A DNA stretch of 63,469 nt, counting the filler, from Octopus bimaculoides (lineage: Eukaryota): assembly GCF_001194135.2 (NCBI RefSeq). It is 6 parts of 5 records of this genome, joined end to end, with 100 filler letters (N's around TTAATTAATTAA, not from the genome) between each part and the next. Parts side by side here need not be neighbours in the genome. Positions count along the whole stretch, not along the records: positions 62,396 to 63,469 come from NC_069005.1; 5 more parts are not named here. The stretch is one strand, 5' to 3'. This document shows, piece after piece, positions 63,326 through 63,469 of this stretch. The translations under genes and the position numbers were made by a program. The notes beneath the pieces are model-generated. The model saw only the letters and a list, made by a program, of their open reading frames with translations. It was not told where the DNA came from and did no database searches. The number at the start of each line of letters is the position of its first letter. The first letter of the stretch is position 1.

Positions 63326-63469
63326 TCGGTTCCGTGCCTCATCGCGTTCATACACACATAATTTTTCTCGTCTGGCCGTAAAGCCTTTTCTGTTTGTTTT
63401 CCTGTCTTGTTTTTTGTCCGCCACTACATTCCTCCATGGCTAGATTTAATTTGCGTATACAAATTTAAT

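Overview
AT-rich, microsatellite-dense animal genomic DNA from a draft assembly with many N gaps. The SINE families and the repeat landscape look like an Octopus (coleoid cephalopod) genome; this is inferred, not proven. No host protein-coding gene can be recognised, and almost every ORF in the supplied track is a translation of (CA)n, (TA)n, (ATT)n or N runs. The window is a transposon-rich intron or intergenic tract. It holds about 30 copies of tRNA-derived SINEs from three families, and fragments of Tx1, Penelope, CRE-type, R4/Dong, RTE and possibly CR1 retrotransposons. It also holds a Chapaev3-type transposase remnant, MITEs, a mariner end and a Helitron-like end. The most notable object is at 57329-58498: a TIR-bounded element with two convergent, uninterrupted ORF starts, a THAP zinc finger (+) and a SAP-domain protein (-). 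Each is preceded by the same 13-bp motif, which best fits an ISL2EU/PHIS-type two-gene DNA transposon whose core lies in an assembly gap. Other leads: a candidate 15/12-nt microexon in a repeat-free island (32806-32820), fold-back template-switch structures (19146-19428, 20021-20081), a conserved long-range stem in Tx1 3' UTRs, degenerate hammerhead-like motifs in Penelope-type termini, and inverted repeat pairs that could form dsRNA. All family assignments come from motifs recognised by eye and need database confirmation.
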